Origin: the human T2T-CHM13v2.0 reference genome, Homo sapiens
NCBI RefSeq assembly: GCF_009914755.1
Contig: NC_060936.1
DNA: 64,000 nt
Direction: 5' to 3' (one strand)
A program made the translations under genes and the position numbers. Numbering within the stretch: position 1 is the first letter of the stretch; each line of letters starts with the position of its first letter. The notes under the pieces were generated by a model that had not been told where the DNA came from, searched no databases, and saw only the letters and a program-made list of their open reading frames with translations. Shown piece after piece: positions 12,808 through 26,995 of this stretch.

Positions 12808-15108
12808 TGACATGGTTTGGCTGTGTCTTCACCCAAATCTTATCTTGAATTCCCATGTGTTGTGGGATGAACCCAGTGGGAGGTAATTGAATCATGGGGG
12901 GCAAGTCTTTCCCCGTGCTGTGAATAAGTCTTTCTCATGATAGTGAATAAGTCTCATGAGATCTGATGGTTTTAAAAATGGGAGTTTCTCTGAACAAGCT
13001 CTCTTTCTTTGCCTTCTGCCATCCATGTAAAATGTGACTTGCTCCTCCTTGCCTTCTGCCATGACTGTGAGGCCTCCCCAGGCATGTGGAAATGTAAGTC
13101 CCTTAAACTTTTGTTTGTAAATTGCTCAGTCTTGGGTGTGTCTTTATCAGCAGTATGAGAACAGACTAATACAGTAAATTGGGACCAGTAGAGTGGGGCA
13201 CTACTGAAAAGATACCTGAAACTGTGGAAGCGACTTTGGAACTATATAACAGGCAGAGGTTGGAACAGTTTGGAGGGTTCAGAAGAACACAAGACAATGT
13301 GGGAAAGTTTGGAACTCCTTAGAGATATGTTGAATGGCTTTGACAAAAATGCTGATAATGATATGGACAATGAGATCTAGGCTGAGGTGGTCTCAGATGG
13401 AGATAAGGAACTTGTTGGGACTGGAGCAAAGTGACTCTTGTTATGTTTTAGCAAAGAGACTGGCGGCATTTTGTCCCTGCCCTAGAGATTTGTGGAACTT
13501 TGAACTGAGAGAGATGATTTGGGGTATCTGGTGGAAGAAATTTATAAGCAGCAAAGCATTCAAGAGGTGACTTGGGTGTGTTAAAGTCATTCAGTTTAAT
13601 AAGGGAAGCAGAACATAACAGTTCAGAAAATTTGCAGCCTGACAATGTGATTGAAAAGAAAATCCCATTTCCTAAGAAGAAATTCAAGCTGGCTGCAGAA
13701 ATTTGCATAAGTAACGAGGAGCCAAGTGTTAATCCCCAAGACTGTGGGGAAAATACCTCCAGGGCATGTCAGAGGTCTTCACAGCAGCCCCTTGCATCAT
13801 AGGCCCAGAGGCCTAGGAGGAACAAGTGATTTCATGGGCCGGGCCAAGGGTTCCAATGCTGCGTGCAGCCTAGAGACTGGTTGCCCTGTGTTCCAGATGC
13901 TCCAGCCATGGCTGAAAGGGGCCAATGTAGAGTTTGGGCCATAGCTTTAGAGGGTGCAAGCCCCAAGCCTTGGCAGCTTCTATGTAGTGTTGAGCCTGTG
14001 AGTGCACAGATGTCAAGAATTAGGGTTTGGGAACCTCTGCCTAGATTTCAGAAGTTGTATGAAAATGCCTGGATGCCCAGGCAGAAGTTTGCTGCAGGGG
14101 TGGGGTCCTCATGGAGAACCTCTGCTAGGGCAGTGTGGAAGGAAAACGTATGGATTGGAGCCCCCATACAGAGTCCCTGCTGAGACACTGCCTAGTGGAG
14201 CTGTGAGAAGAGGGCCACAATCCTCCAGACCCCAGAATGGCAGATCCACTGACAGCTTGCACCATGTGCCTGGAAAAGCTGCAGACCCTCAATGCCAGCC
14301 CGTGAACGCAGCTGGGAGGGAGGCTGTACCCTTCAAAACCACAGGGGTGAAGCCACCCAAGACCATAGGAACCCACCTCTTGCATCAGCGTGACCTGGAT
14401 GTGAGACATGGAGTCAAAGGAGATCATTTTGGAGCTTTACAATTTGACTGCTCCACTGGGTTTTGGACTTGCATGGGGCTTGTAGCCCCTTTGTTCTGGC
14501 CAATTTCTCCTATTTGGAATGGCCATATTAACCCAATGCCTGTACCCCCATTGTATCTAGGAAGTAACTAACTTGTTTTTGATTTTACAGGCTCATAGGT
14601 GGAAGGCATTTGCCTTGTCTCAGATGAGACTTTGGACTGTGGACTTTTAAGTTAATGCTGAAATGAGTTAAGACTTTGAGGGACTGTTGGGAAGGCATGA
14701 TTGTTTTTGAAATGGGAGGACATGTGATTTGGGAGGGTCCAGGGGCAGAATGATATGGTTTGGTTGTGTACCCACCCACATATCATCTTGAATTCCCGTA
14801 TGATCTGGGAGGGACCCAGTGGGAGGTAATTGAATCATGGAGATGAGTCTTTCCCCATGCTGTTCTCATGACAGTGAATACGTCTCATGAGATCTGATGG
14901 TTTTAAAAATGGGAATTTCCCTGAACAAGCTCTCTTTCTTTGCCTGTTGCCATCCATGTTAAGACGTGAGTTGGTCCTCCTTGCCTTCTGCCATGATTCT
15001 GAAGCCTCCCCAGCCATGTGGAACTGTAAGTCCATTAAACCTCTTTCTTTTGTAAATTGCCCAGTCTTGGGTATGTCTTTATCAGCAGCATGAGAACAGA
15101 CTAATACA
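12808..15108 (+). mobile_element. Complete THE1B MaLR provirus (LTR 12808-13173, internal 13174-14750, LTR 14751-15108)
   Basis: Two similar LTRs tga(c/t)atggtttgg...ctaataca; polypurine tract before the 3' LTR; TSD gactc/ggctc; sits in the L1 5'UTR. Confidence 0.93.
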
Positions 15109-16315
15109 GGCTCCATTCCAGGGAGATTAGAGTTCTGTCTGTAAACCGCTGGCTGGAGTTGCTAAAATTCCTTTAGGGAGGCCCTGCCCAGTGAGGAGGG
15201 ATGGGTCAGGGTCCAGCCTAAAGAGGCAGTCTGGCCACAATCTGCCACAGCCACTGTGCTGTGCTGTGCTGTGGGGAATTTTCCCTAGGTTCGAACCTCC
15301 CAGTCTTCCTGAGTCCAGCAGGGGAAACAGGCAGACTAGAGCTGCAGTGATGGCTGCCGCCTCTCTTGCCTGGAGCTCCATTGTCTTAGTCATCTTAGGC
15401 AGCAGACAATTGCAGTGATGGTGTCCACCCTTCCCCTCAGGAGTTCAGTAGTCTTAGGCAGTCTCTAGCAGAGTGGCTGCTGAGAATCTTTACAGCTCTC
15501 TGCTTGGGACCCAAGAGCCTGGTGGCATGGGCTCACGAGGGGGTCTCTTGATCAGTGGGTTGAACGGATCTGTGGAAAAAGCATAGTTTCCTGGGCAGGT
15601 TAGCACACTCAGTCACCGCTTCCCTTGGCTGGGGGTGGGAGCTCTCCTTGCCCTGGGTGGCTCCCAGGTGGCCCATCGTACCACCCTGCTTTTTCTTGCT
15701 CTCTTTGGGTCACACCAATCACCTAGTCAGTCCCAGTGAGAGAACCTGGATACGTCAGTTGTCAGTGCAGGATTCACTCGCTGTTTTCATTCTTCTCAGT
15801 GGGAGCCTCTGACCACAGCTGTTTCTAGTCAGTCATCTTGGCCCCACCCCCTGCACCTTTTCTTTTATGTGCACTAATAAGTTGTTTTTTGGCTTAAGCC
15901 AGATAGGTTTTTAAATATATACACTTTCAAAAATATATAAGACACCACATATGAAGGAACTAGTTGTGGAGGTAGAGGTTGAATTCAGCCTTGGCTATGT
16001 TGAGCTTGAGGTGTTTGTGAGACATCTTTATAGAAAAGAGATATCCGGTAGGAAATTAGATATGTGGATAGAAAGTTAACAATACCTTATACAGTCTTTG
16101 GTAAAAATTTTTAGAGAGTCCTTTTGTAATGCATGCAGAAAAGATCTTCACAAAATGCTGACCTCTCCTGTAGAACCACCTAGACCCAAAGGATTTGAAG
16201 GAAGCAATTCTTTATTTTCAGTTTTTTCAAGGATTATTAGTCTATTCAGAGTTTCTACTCCTAGATGCAACATTTACAATGAATGTCCATTTCATTTCCA
16301 ATTTACCTTCTAGTT

Positions 16316-16827
16316 GTGATGAACTGTGTAATGGCCCCTCAAAGATATCTAATTCCTGGAACCTGTGAATGTTAATTTGTTTGTTAAAAGGGACTTTTCA
16401 AGGTGCGATTAAGGTAAGGATTTTGAGATGGGGTGATTATCCTTGGTTATCCAGGCAAGCCCAGTGTAATCACAAGGGTTCTCATAAGAGAGAAGGTGAT
16501 GTGCTGACCGAAGCAGAGATTGGAGTGATGCATTTTGCAGATGGAGAAATGGGCCAAAAGCAAAGAGTACTGGTGGCCTCTAGAAACTGGAAAAGACAAG
16601 GGAACAAATTCTGTCCTAAGGCTTCCAGGAAGAACGTGGCCCTGCCAGCACCTTTATTTTATACCAGTGAAACTGATCCAGACTCCTCTCCTCCAAAACT
16701 GTAAGAAATTAATTTTGTGGTGTTTTAATACACCAAGATCTCTGAAACTTTTTTACAGCAGCCCCACTGAGGCTGTTAGGGTGAGCCCTAGTCCAATCTG
16801 ACTAGTATCCTTTCAGGGAACTAACAC
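16316..16827 (+). mobile_element. MLT1D-type MaLR LTR
   Basis: aatggcccctcaaagatatc...cctggaacctgtgaatg...ggattttgagatgggg...gggaactaacac. Confidence 0.8.
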
Positions 16828-17179
16828 CCCACTGTAATATGATATTTATATATTTCTTTCTATGTATATATCTCAAATTTAACAGCTTTCTTGAGTATAA
16901 TTCACATACCATAAAATTTATCCAAGTATAAAATTCAATTATTTTTTATTATATACAGAGGTATGCATAACCATATCTGCAGTCAATTTTAGAACCTTTC
17001 AATCACCACAAAAAGATAACCCATGTACTTTAGCTATCTTCTGCCTGTCCACCAGTTTCCATATCCCTAAGCAGCTACTAATCTACTTTCTGTCTCTATA
17101 GATTTTCCAGTTTTAGACAATTCATATAGATGGAATCATATATAACACGAGGCCCTTGTGATCAGCTTATTTCACTTAG

Positions 17180-17473
<294 letters not shown>

Positions 17474-17827
17474 TTTCCTTTTATAGATGAATATTATCCC
17501 ACTATATAGACACAACACATTTTTATGTATCCATTAATTAGCTGATGGAAAAGTTTTTATGTAGACATATGATTTCATTCCTCTTGGGTATATATCGATA
17601 AGTAGAACTACTGGGTCATATGGTAACCCTAAGTTTAACTGTTTGAAGAACTTTCAGATTGTTTTCCAAAGGCTACATCATTTTGCATCCCTACCAGCAG
17701 TATATGAGCATTCCGATTCCTCCATATCTTCTCCAACATTGTTATTATATGACTTTTTGATTCTAGGCATCCTACTGGGTATAAAGTGATATCTCATTAA
17801 GGTTTTGATATGCATTCCCATTATAAT

Positions 17828-18231
17828 GGTTATGACCTGAATTATCTTCCCCAAACTTCCTGGGTTCATATGTTGAATCCCTTATCTCCTGTATTTCAGA
17901 ATGTGACTGTGTTTGGAGATAGGGCCTTTTAAATAGGTAATTAAGTTAAAATGAGGCTGTTAGGGTGAGCCCTAGCCCAATCTGACTGATATCCTTATAA
18001 GAAGAGAAGATTAGGACAAATAGAGAGACACCAGGGATCTATGTGCACAAAAGAAAGACCATGTGAAGACAGAGCAAGAAGACAAACATATGCAAGCCAA
18101 AGAGAAGGGCCTCAGAAGAAAGAAAACCTGCTGACACCTTGATCTTGTTCTTCTAGATTCCAGAACTGTGAAAAAATTTTTTTCTGCCACCTGCTCTATG
18201 GTATTTTGTTATGGCAGCCCCAGGAAACTCA
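17828..18231 (+). mobile_element. MLT1A-type MaLR solo LTR
   Basis: gttatgacctgaatt...catatgttgaatccct...ggtaattaagttaaaatgagg...gttatggcagccccaggaaact. Confidence 0.82.
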
Positions 18232-20946
18232 TGACTAATGATGTCAAGCATTTTTTTCTTGTGTTTATTGGCCATTTGTATATTTTCTGTGGATAAATGT
18301 TTTCTGAGATTGCTCATTTTAAAATTGTCTTCTTATTGTTGAATTGTTGAGTTGTAAGAGTTCTTATATATTCTGCATACTATGCCCTTAGCAGACATAT
18401 GATTTGCAAATATTTCCTCTAATTCTGTGGGTTTTCTTTTACCTTGTTGATAGTTCCTTTGATGCACAAAAGTTTTTAATTTTAATTAAAGCCAACTTAT
18501 CTAATTTTTCATTTCTTGCTCATGCTTTTGGTGTCATATCCATTTCAAAATCCAAGGCATGAAGATATTTCCTTTATATTTTCTTCTGAGAGTTTTATAG
18601 TTTTAGCTGTTACATGTATATTCTTAATCCATCTTGGATTAATTATTACCTATGGTGTGAGGTAAGGGCCCATTTTTTTTTTTTTTTTTGGCATGTGGCT
18701 ATGTAGTTGTTTTAGCAATGATTTGTTGAAAGAGCTATTCTTTCACTATTGAATTGTCTTGACACCTTTGTAAAAAATAAGTTGACTAAAGACACATGGT
18801 TTTATTCTGGACTCCCAGTTCTTTTTATTTATTTTATTTTATCCACAGGGTGTATATGTGCTTGTTTGTTACATCGGTATATTGTGTACTGGTGGGGACT
18901 GGGCTTCTAGTTTACCCATTACCCAAATGGTGAACACTGTACCTGATAGATAGTTTTTTATCCCTTGCTCCCCTCCACAACCTCCTCTCATTTGGAGTCT
19001 CTAGTGTCTATTATTTCCATCTTTAGGTCCATGTGTATCCATTGTTTAGCTCCCTATTGTAAGTGAGAACATGTGGTATTTGATTTTCTGTTTCTGAGTT
19101 AGTTCACTTAGTATAATGGCCTCCAGCTCCATCCATGTTGCTGCAAAGGACATAATTTCATTCTTTATGGCTACGTAGTATCCCATCGTGTATGTATGCC
19201 ACATTTTCTTTATCTGGTCAACTGTTGATGGACACTTAGGTTGCTTCCATGACTTGGCTATTGTGAATAATGCTGCAATGAACATACAAATACGGATGCC
19301 TTTTTGATATGATTGTTTCCTTTTCTTTGGGTGGATAGCCAGTAGTGGGATTGCTGGGTCCAGTGGTAGTTCTATTTTTAGTTATTTGAGAAATCTCCAT
19401 ACTGTTTTCCATGGAGGTTGAACTAGTTCAAATTCTCACCAATAATGTACAAATGTTCCCTTTTCTCCACATCCATGCCATTTATTGTTTTTTCACCTTT
19501 TAATAGTAGCCATTCTGACTGGTATAAGATGATATTCTGATTTTAATTTGCAATTCTCTGATGATTGCTGATGTTAAGCACTTTTTCATGTGTTTGTTGG
19601 CTGCTTGTATTTTTTCTTTTGAGAAATGTCTATTCATATTCTTCTCCCAAGTTTTAATGGGGTTGTTATTTTCTTGTTGAGTTATTTATATTCCTTATAG
19701 ATTCTGGATATTAGTCCTTTGTCAGAGGCATAATTTGCAAATATTTTCTCTCATTTGGTGGGTGGTCTGTTTACTCTGTTGATTATTTCTTTTGCTTTTT
19801 AGTTTAATTAAGTCCAATTTGTCTATTTTCATTCTTGTTACATTTGCCTTTGGGATCTTCATCATAAAATTATTTGCCTATGCCAATGTCCAGAATAGTT
19901 TTTTCTATGTTTTCTTCTAGGATTTTTATAGTTTCAGGTCTTACATTTAAATCTTTAATCCATCTTGGGTTAATTGTTGTATATGGTGAGAGATAGAGGT
20001 CCAGTTTCATTCTTCTGCATATGGCTAGCCAATTTTCCCAGCACTATTTATTGAATAGGGTGTCCTTTCACCATTGTTTATCTTTGTTGACTTTGTCAAA
20101 AATCAGTTGATTGTTAGTTTGTGGCTTTATATCCAGGTTTTCTATTCCGTTCCATTGATATTTGTGCCATTTTTGTACTAGTATCATGCTGTTTTAGTCA
20201 ATGTAGCCTTGTATTATAATTTGAAGTCAGGCAATGTGATGCCTCCAGATTTGTTCATTTTGCTTAGGATTTCTTTGGCTATTCAGGCTCTTTTTTGATT
20301 CCATGTGAACTTTAGAATTTTTTTCTAATTCTGTGGAATATGACATTGGTAATTTGATAGGAGTTGAATGTGTAGATTAATTTAAGCAGTATGGTAATTT
20401 TAACAATACTGATTCTTCCAATCCATGAGTGTGGGATGTTTCCCCATTTGTGTTATCTATGATTTATTTCAACAGTATTTTGTAGTTTTCCTTGTAGAGA
20501 TCTTTCACCTTCTTGATTAAATTAATTGCTAGGTATTTTGTGTGTGTGTGTGTGGCTATTGCCAATGAGATTGAGTTCTTGATTTGGCGCTCAGCTTAAA
20601 TGTTATTGGTGTATAGAAATGCTGTCGATTTATGTATGTTTATTTTGTATATTGAAATTTGTTTATCAAGTCTAGGGGTTTTTGGAGGAGTCTTTAGGGT
20701 TTTCTAGGTATATGGTCATGTGATCAGTGGGCAGAGATAATTTGACTTCCTCTTTTCCAATTTGGATGCTTTTTTTCTTTTACCTGATTGCTCTGAGTAG
20801 TGCTCCTAGTACTATGTGCAATAGGAATGCTGAGATTGGATATGCTTGTCTTGTTCCAGTTCTTAAAGGTAATGCAATCAACTTTTTTCCATTTAGTATA
20901 ATGTTGACTGTGGGTTTGTTGTAGGTGGGTCTTATATTTTTAGGTA

Positions 20947-21014
20947 CTTTTTTATTTTTATTTTTATTTTTTTTAGAGGAATAAAATAGTGGCTACTCCA
21001 TAGGCAGAGCAGCC
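20947..21014 (-). mobile_element. Small insertion: 40-bp ERV1-LTR-like fragment plus A-rich tail
   Basis: Interrupts L1 ORF2 between two aggta copies; body ggctgctctgcctatggagtagcc recalled from MER4-group LTRs. Confidence 0.6.
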
Positions 21015-23020
21015 AGGTATGGTCTTTTGATGCCTAGTTTGTTGAGGGTTTTTATTATGAAGGGACTTTGGATTTTATTGAATGCCTTTTTTCATGTATT
21101 GAGATAATCATATGGTTTTTCTTTTTAGTTTTGTATGTGTGATGAATCACCCTTTTCAATTTGCAGATGTTAAACCGTACTTGCATCCCAGAAATAAAAC
21201 CCACTTGATCATAATTAATTATTTTTCTGATGTGCTGTTGGATTCAGTTTGCTGGTTTTTTCTTGAGAATTTTTGCCTCTATACTCATCAGAGATATTAG
21301 TCTGTAGTTTGCTTTTCTGTGTGCGTGTACTGGCCTGATTTTGGTGTCATGATGATACTGGTTTCATTGAATGAGTCACAGAGGAATCCCTCCTCCTTGA
21401 GTTTTTGGAATATTTTCAGTAAGATTGGTAGCAGCTCTTCTTTGTGTATCTGGTGAAATTTGGCTATGAATCTCTCCGGTCCTGGGCTTTTATTTGTTGA
21501 AAGATTTTTTTATTACTCACTCAATTTCATTACTTATTATTGGTCTGTTCAGGATCTCTATTTATTCCTGGTTCAATCTTGGAGGGTTGTAGGTTTCCAG
21601 GAATTTATCAATTTCCTCTAGGTTTTCTAGTTTGTGTGCATAGAGGTGTTTATAGTAGTCTCTGAGGATCTTTTGTATTTCTGTGGCATCATTTTTAATG
21701 TCCCTTTTCTCATTTCTGATTATAATTATTTGAATCTCTCTTTCTTGGTTAATCTAGCTAGCAATCTATCAATTTTGTTTATCCTTTTAAAAAACTAACT
21801 TTTTGTCGCATTGATTCATTATGTCTTTAAAAATAATCTCAATCTCATTTAGTTCTGCTTTGATCTTTGTTATTTCTTTTCTGCTACTAGTTTTGGGTTT
21901 GGATTATTATTATTTTTCTAGTTCCTTGAGGTTCAATGTTAGGTTGTTAATTTGAGATTTTTCTATCTTTTTTTATAAGGGCATTTAATGCTACAGAATT
22001 TCCTCTTAGCACTGCTTTTGCTGTATACTAGAGATTTTAGTATGTTGTGTCTCTATTTTTATTTGTTTCAAGAAGTCTTTCAATTTCTGCCTTAATTTAT
22101 TATTTACCCAAAGGTCATTTGGGAGCAAGTAGTTTTGCTTTCATGTACTTGTGTAGTTTTGAGAGTTCCTCTTGGTATTGATTTATAATTTTATTCTACT
22201 GTGATCTGAGAAGATACTTGTTATTATTTTGATTTTCTGAGTTTATTGATACTTGCTTTATGGGCAAATATATAGTCAATTTTGGAATATATTCCATGTG
22301 GAGGTGAGAAGAATGTATATTCTGTTAGATAAAATGTTCTGTGAATCTCTATTAGATTCATTTGGTCTACATCCCAGTTGAAGTCCAGAGTTTCTTTGTT
22401 GATTTTCTGCCTTGATGATCTGTCTAGTGATGTCAGTGGGGTGCTGAAGTCCCCCACTCTTATTATATTGCTATCAATATGTTTTCTTAGGTCTAGTAGT
22501 ATTTATTTTATGAATCTGGGTGCTCCAGTGTTGGGTGCAGATATATTTAGGATAGTTAAATCTTCCTGTTGTATTGACTTCTTTATCATTTTATAATGAC
22601 CTTTTTTGCCCCCTTTTTTTTTTAACTGTTGTTGGTTTAAAGTCTGTTTTATTTGATTGAGGATGACTACTCTCTCTTGCTTTTGTTTTCCATTTGCGTG
22701 ATATATCTTTTTCAACCCATTTACTTTGATTCTATAGCTGTCTTTAGCCAGTATGTATGTCTCTTGTAGGCAGTACATGTTTGGGTTTTCCTTTTTTATA
22801 CAGTTTGCCACTCTGTATCTTTTAAGTGGAGCATTTAGGCCACATACATTCAAGGTTAATATTGATATGTGAGGTTTTGTTTCTATCATGTTGTTGTTAG
22901 CTGATTGCCTTGGGATTTCAATTGTGTAATTGCTTTATAAGGTCTGTGAGCTTTTTACTTATGTGATCTTTTATGATGGTGAATGTTGTTGTTTAATTTC
23001 CATGTTTAGAACTCCTTTGA

Positions 23021-23159
23021 GGTTGGGCAGTGGCTCATGCCTGTCATTCCAGCACTTTGGGAAGCTAAGTGGGAGGATTGCTTGAGGCCAAGAGTTTTAG
23101 ACCAGCCTGGTCAACATAGTGAGACACCATCTCTACTAAAACAACAACAACAAAAACAA
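23021..23159 (+). mobile_element. FLAM_C / Alu left monomer
   Basis: Single monomer with (CAA)n tail; TSD aactcctttga/aactccttcga. Confidence 0.88.
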
Positions 23160-24420
23160 AACTCCTTCGAGCATTTCTTGGAGGACCAGTCTAGTGTTGA
23201 TGAATTCCCTATTTCTCCTTGATTTATGAAGCTTAATCTGACAGGATATAAAATTATTGGGTGGCATTTTTTTTTCTTTAAAGATGCTAAAAATAGACCC
23301 CCAATCTCTTCTGGATTGTAAGTTTTCTGCTGAGAAGACAGCTACTAGTCCGATATGATTATATATATATAAATGCAATTAGACACTTCTCTCTTGCCAT
23401 TCAGGATTATTTTGTTTACATTGACTTTGGATAGTCTTGGTGAAGTTCTTGCAATGTATTATCCAGAAATTCTCTGAGCTTCTTGTATCTGGATGTCAAA
23501 ATCTCTCCTAAAACCAGGGAAGTTTTCTTGAAGTATTTCTGCAAATAGGTTTTTCACACTTTTTGCTTTTTCTTCTTCTCCCTCTGGAATACCTATAACT
23601 TACAGGTTTGTACACTTTTATATTTCACAAAGGCTTTGTTCATTAAAAAAAATTTTTTAAATATTATGTCTGACTGAGTTAATTTGAAAGACCTGTCTTC
23701 CAGCTCTGAAATTCTTTCTTCCACTTGGCCTATTGTTAACACTTTCAATGTATTTTGTAACTCCTTGACTGAATCTTTTATTTCTAGAAGTTTTGTGTGT
23801 GTGTATTTTTTTAAATGACATTTATCTCTTCTTTCATGTCCTAAATTGCTTTTCTATTTGTATGGGTTTTCTGCTTTTTCTTGGATCTCACTGAGCTTCT
23901 TTAAAATCAGTATTTTGAATTATTTATCTGATATTTCAAAGACTTCATTTTGGTTAGGATTTGTTCTGAGGAGTTAGTATTCCCCTTTGGGGGTGTTGTT
24001 ACATTCTGTTTTTTCCATACTTTCAGAGTTGTTTCCCTGGTTGTTTCTTATCTGGATAAGCTGTCTCTCCTTCTTATTTTTTAATTTTGCTTCCCTTTGG
24101 ACAGGATTATTTTGCCCCCTTGAGGAGGTGTCTGTACTGTATGATGTGGTGTAGTGTCCTTTGGGTTTGGTTCTGGGTATTTTCAGTGGCAAAGAGTCTG
24201 TATAAATTCTTTGGTAATAGCCTTTGTATGGTGACTTTCTCAAATGCTGGTTGTTGTAGTGATGTGCTAAGCATGTGAGCAGCCTCACTCACTGCCTCCT
24301 GTGGGCTCAGGGTGATGGAAGTCTCAGGAAGCTTATTTCATTCTCCAGTACTCTGCACTTGAGTCAGCAGATTTCCTGTTGTGTTGCACCATTCAACTTC
24401 CAGGCCAGTAGGTGGTGCTT

Positions 24421-26990
24421 ATGTCTGTTTTTATCTCCTACACCCTTGTGGTTCTTATGCTTAGTGTTCTACCCATGAGTGAAAATTGGGTATTGAAGTA
24501 CCCAATTATTGATGAATTGTCTATTTCTCTCTTCATTTAAATCAATTTATGCTTCATATGTATTGGTGCTCTGTTGTTAGGTGCATATATATTTTTGATT
24601 GATGTATCTTTCTGGTTAATTGACCTTTTAAAAAACATCTTCTTTTATCTATAGTAATATCTTTTGTTTTAAGGTATATTTTGTCAGGTAATTGTATAAC
24701 CATTCCAACTTTCTTGTGGTTGCTGTTTGCATGATATTTCTCTTTCATCTTTTTACTTTAAGTCTATTTGTATTTTGAATCTAAAGTGTGTTTCCCATAG
24801 ATAGCATGTATTGACTCTTGTTTTTTGATCTAGTCTGAGAATCTCTGCCTTTTGACTGGATTATTTAGTCCATTCACCTTTAATGCTATTATTGATATAG
24901 TTGGAATTATGTTTGCCATTTTTGTTTTTTATATATCTCATGTTTCTCTTGTTCCTCTGTTTCTGCTTTACTGCTTTCTTTTGCATGAAGTGAATATTTT
25001 ATAATGTAGCATTTTAATTTTTTAAATTATTTTTTCACTATATTTTTGAGTTATTAGTGGTTACTCTAGGGTTTTTCTATATACACTGTGACTTATAATA
25101 ATCAGTTTGAGATTTATACTAAATTAATTCTAGTGAGATACAGAAATGTTACTTCTATATACCTTTGTTCCCTTCCCCCCATTTTTGTGATACTATTCTT
25201 ATTCATATTACATCTATTACATCTAATATCTGAATATTACAAACCCAACAATGCATTGTTGTAATGATAAATTTACACGCTTTTATGTTTTTTAAGGATA
25301 TTGAGGAGAGCAAATACAGACACACACAAACACACACACACATTTATAGCTTTTGTTGTGTTAGCCTTTTAATTTATCATTTCTGGTTCTCTTCATTTGT
25401 TCCTGTGCATACAAGTTGCCATCTGAAGTCATTTCCTTAATCCAATACAGCTTTGCCCCCACCCACCTCTTTTGTTCTATTATTGACCAATATTACATTT
25501 TTATGTTATAGGCTCAACATCACATTATATACTTCTTTATACAATTACTTTTAAAATCTTTTAGAAGAAGAAAGGAAAAGAAATGCCTTGACTTTTACAA
25601 TTAGATAATTACCTTTCCTGGTTCTTTTTGCTTTTTTCATATATATATTCCAATTACTCTCAGGGTTCACTTGTTTGTAGCATGAATTTCTTTTAGTACT
25701 TCTTATAAGGTAGGTCTGCTAGCAACACATTCCCTCTGTTTTTATTAGGACATGTCATTATTTTACCTTATTTTGGTGGATATAGAATTCTTGGTTAATA
25801 ATTGCTTTTTTTGGTTCATTCTGAATATGTTGTCCTTCTGGCCTCAATTAATTCTGCTGAGACATCAGCTGTTAATCTTCCTGGAGTTTCAGTCTAAGTG
25901 ATGAGTCATTTTTATCTTGATGTAGTCAAAATTTTCTTATTGTCTTTAGCTTTAGCTTTTTCACTTTTAGGTGTCTTTTGATGTGACATTGTAATCATAC
26001 TTTTTAAATCATGGCCCATTTTATTTGAAAATATTATTTGAAATTATTTATAATCTCTACTTTGAAAACTTTTTCTGTTCAATCTGACATCTGATGTCTG
26101 TTAAATCTGACATCTGGTAAGTCTTCCAGGCAGTTTCTGTTGTCTACAATTTTTTTTCAGTGTATTGCTTATTCTTTCCTGCTTCTTTATATGTCTCATA
26201 ATTTTTTGTTGAAAAATTTTAGGTAGTATATTGTAATAATACTGGGTACTGGTCTTCTGGGGCTTGTTGTTATTTGCTTATTTACTTGTTTGTTGATTGA
26301 CTAGATTATTTTGGTGTAATTTATTTCTTCCTCTGAAGCATAAAGTCTATAAAGTTGTTTCTCAGGGGATGCAGTTTGATATGCTCACAGTCAGCTGGCA
26401 ACACAGTGGATTTGGGAGAGCTCTCTTTTGTCTTTTTCTCTGGTCATACCCAGGTATTATGCTCCACTACTTACTTGCTGGCTGATGGCTCTGTTGCTTT
26501 CAACAATGCCCTGGAATATAGATTGTTTTACAAACTGACCCAAAAATTTGGGCTCTTCTTAAAAAATTGTTCCTGAGGTCAGTTTTTGAGATTTGTTTTG
26601 ACCCTAAGAGGGTTCCTCCCAGATGTCTTGCTTTCTATTTCTCTATAGCAAATCATCCAGCTTACAACTTAGGCTATATCTCTAACAAATCTATCAATTT
26701 TTTCCCAATTGCTTTTCACAAACTTTCACTGTTTTTGAGAGTGACTTTAGGCTTGAAATTGTCCATGGTTTGTTGGAAATGAAGTCAATTTCTTTGGGGA
26801 GAGATTTTAAGTATTCTGTTATACAGCGTGCTTCTCTACGTTTGGGCAAAATCTCTGAGCCACAGCTCTGGTCCTGGAACAGGGACAATGACAGACTTCC
26901 CTCTAAATGATATACCCACTTTAAGTGCTAGTAACTTTTGGTGTGTGTGTGAAGTGGTCCCAGTTCAACTCGGCTTGACTCTGCTAGTAT
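24421..26990 (-). mobile_element. L1M LINE-1 (ORF2 5' end, inter-ORF and ORF1/5' region); continues at 39325-39950
   Basis: ORF 24554-24748 resembles the EN domain (YHANSNHKKVGMVI..DKIYLKTK); sequence is continuous across the THE1C/MER57 insertion; contains (CA)n at ~25317-25342. Confidence 0.7.
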
Positions 26991-26995
26991 GGCAC

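Larger units (their letters stand above)
18823..24420 (-). mobile_element. Near full-length old primate LINE-1 (L1PA16/L1PA17-like)
   Basis: 3'UTR, then ORF2 fragments (19046-19285, 22224-22457, 22503-22889 ILTLNVCGLNAP), ORF1 fragments (23136-23378) and part of the 5'UTR. Confidence 0.88.

Noticed and set aside
12319-12810. 163-aa ORF with a signal-peptide-like poly-Leu start
   Set aside because: Antisense reading of the L1 5'UTR; the Leu run comes from a (TTG)n tract
13334-14571. Cluster of + strand ORFs up to 189 aa
   Set aside because: Broken THE1B internal ORF fragments and alternative frames; no intact product
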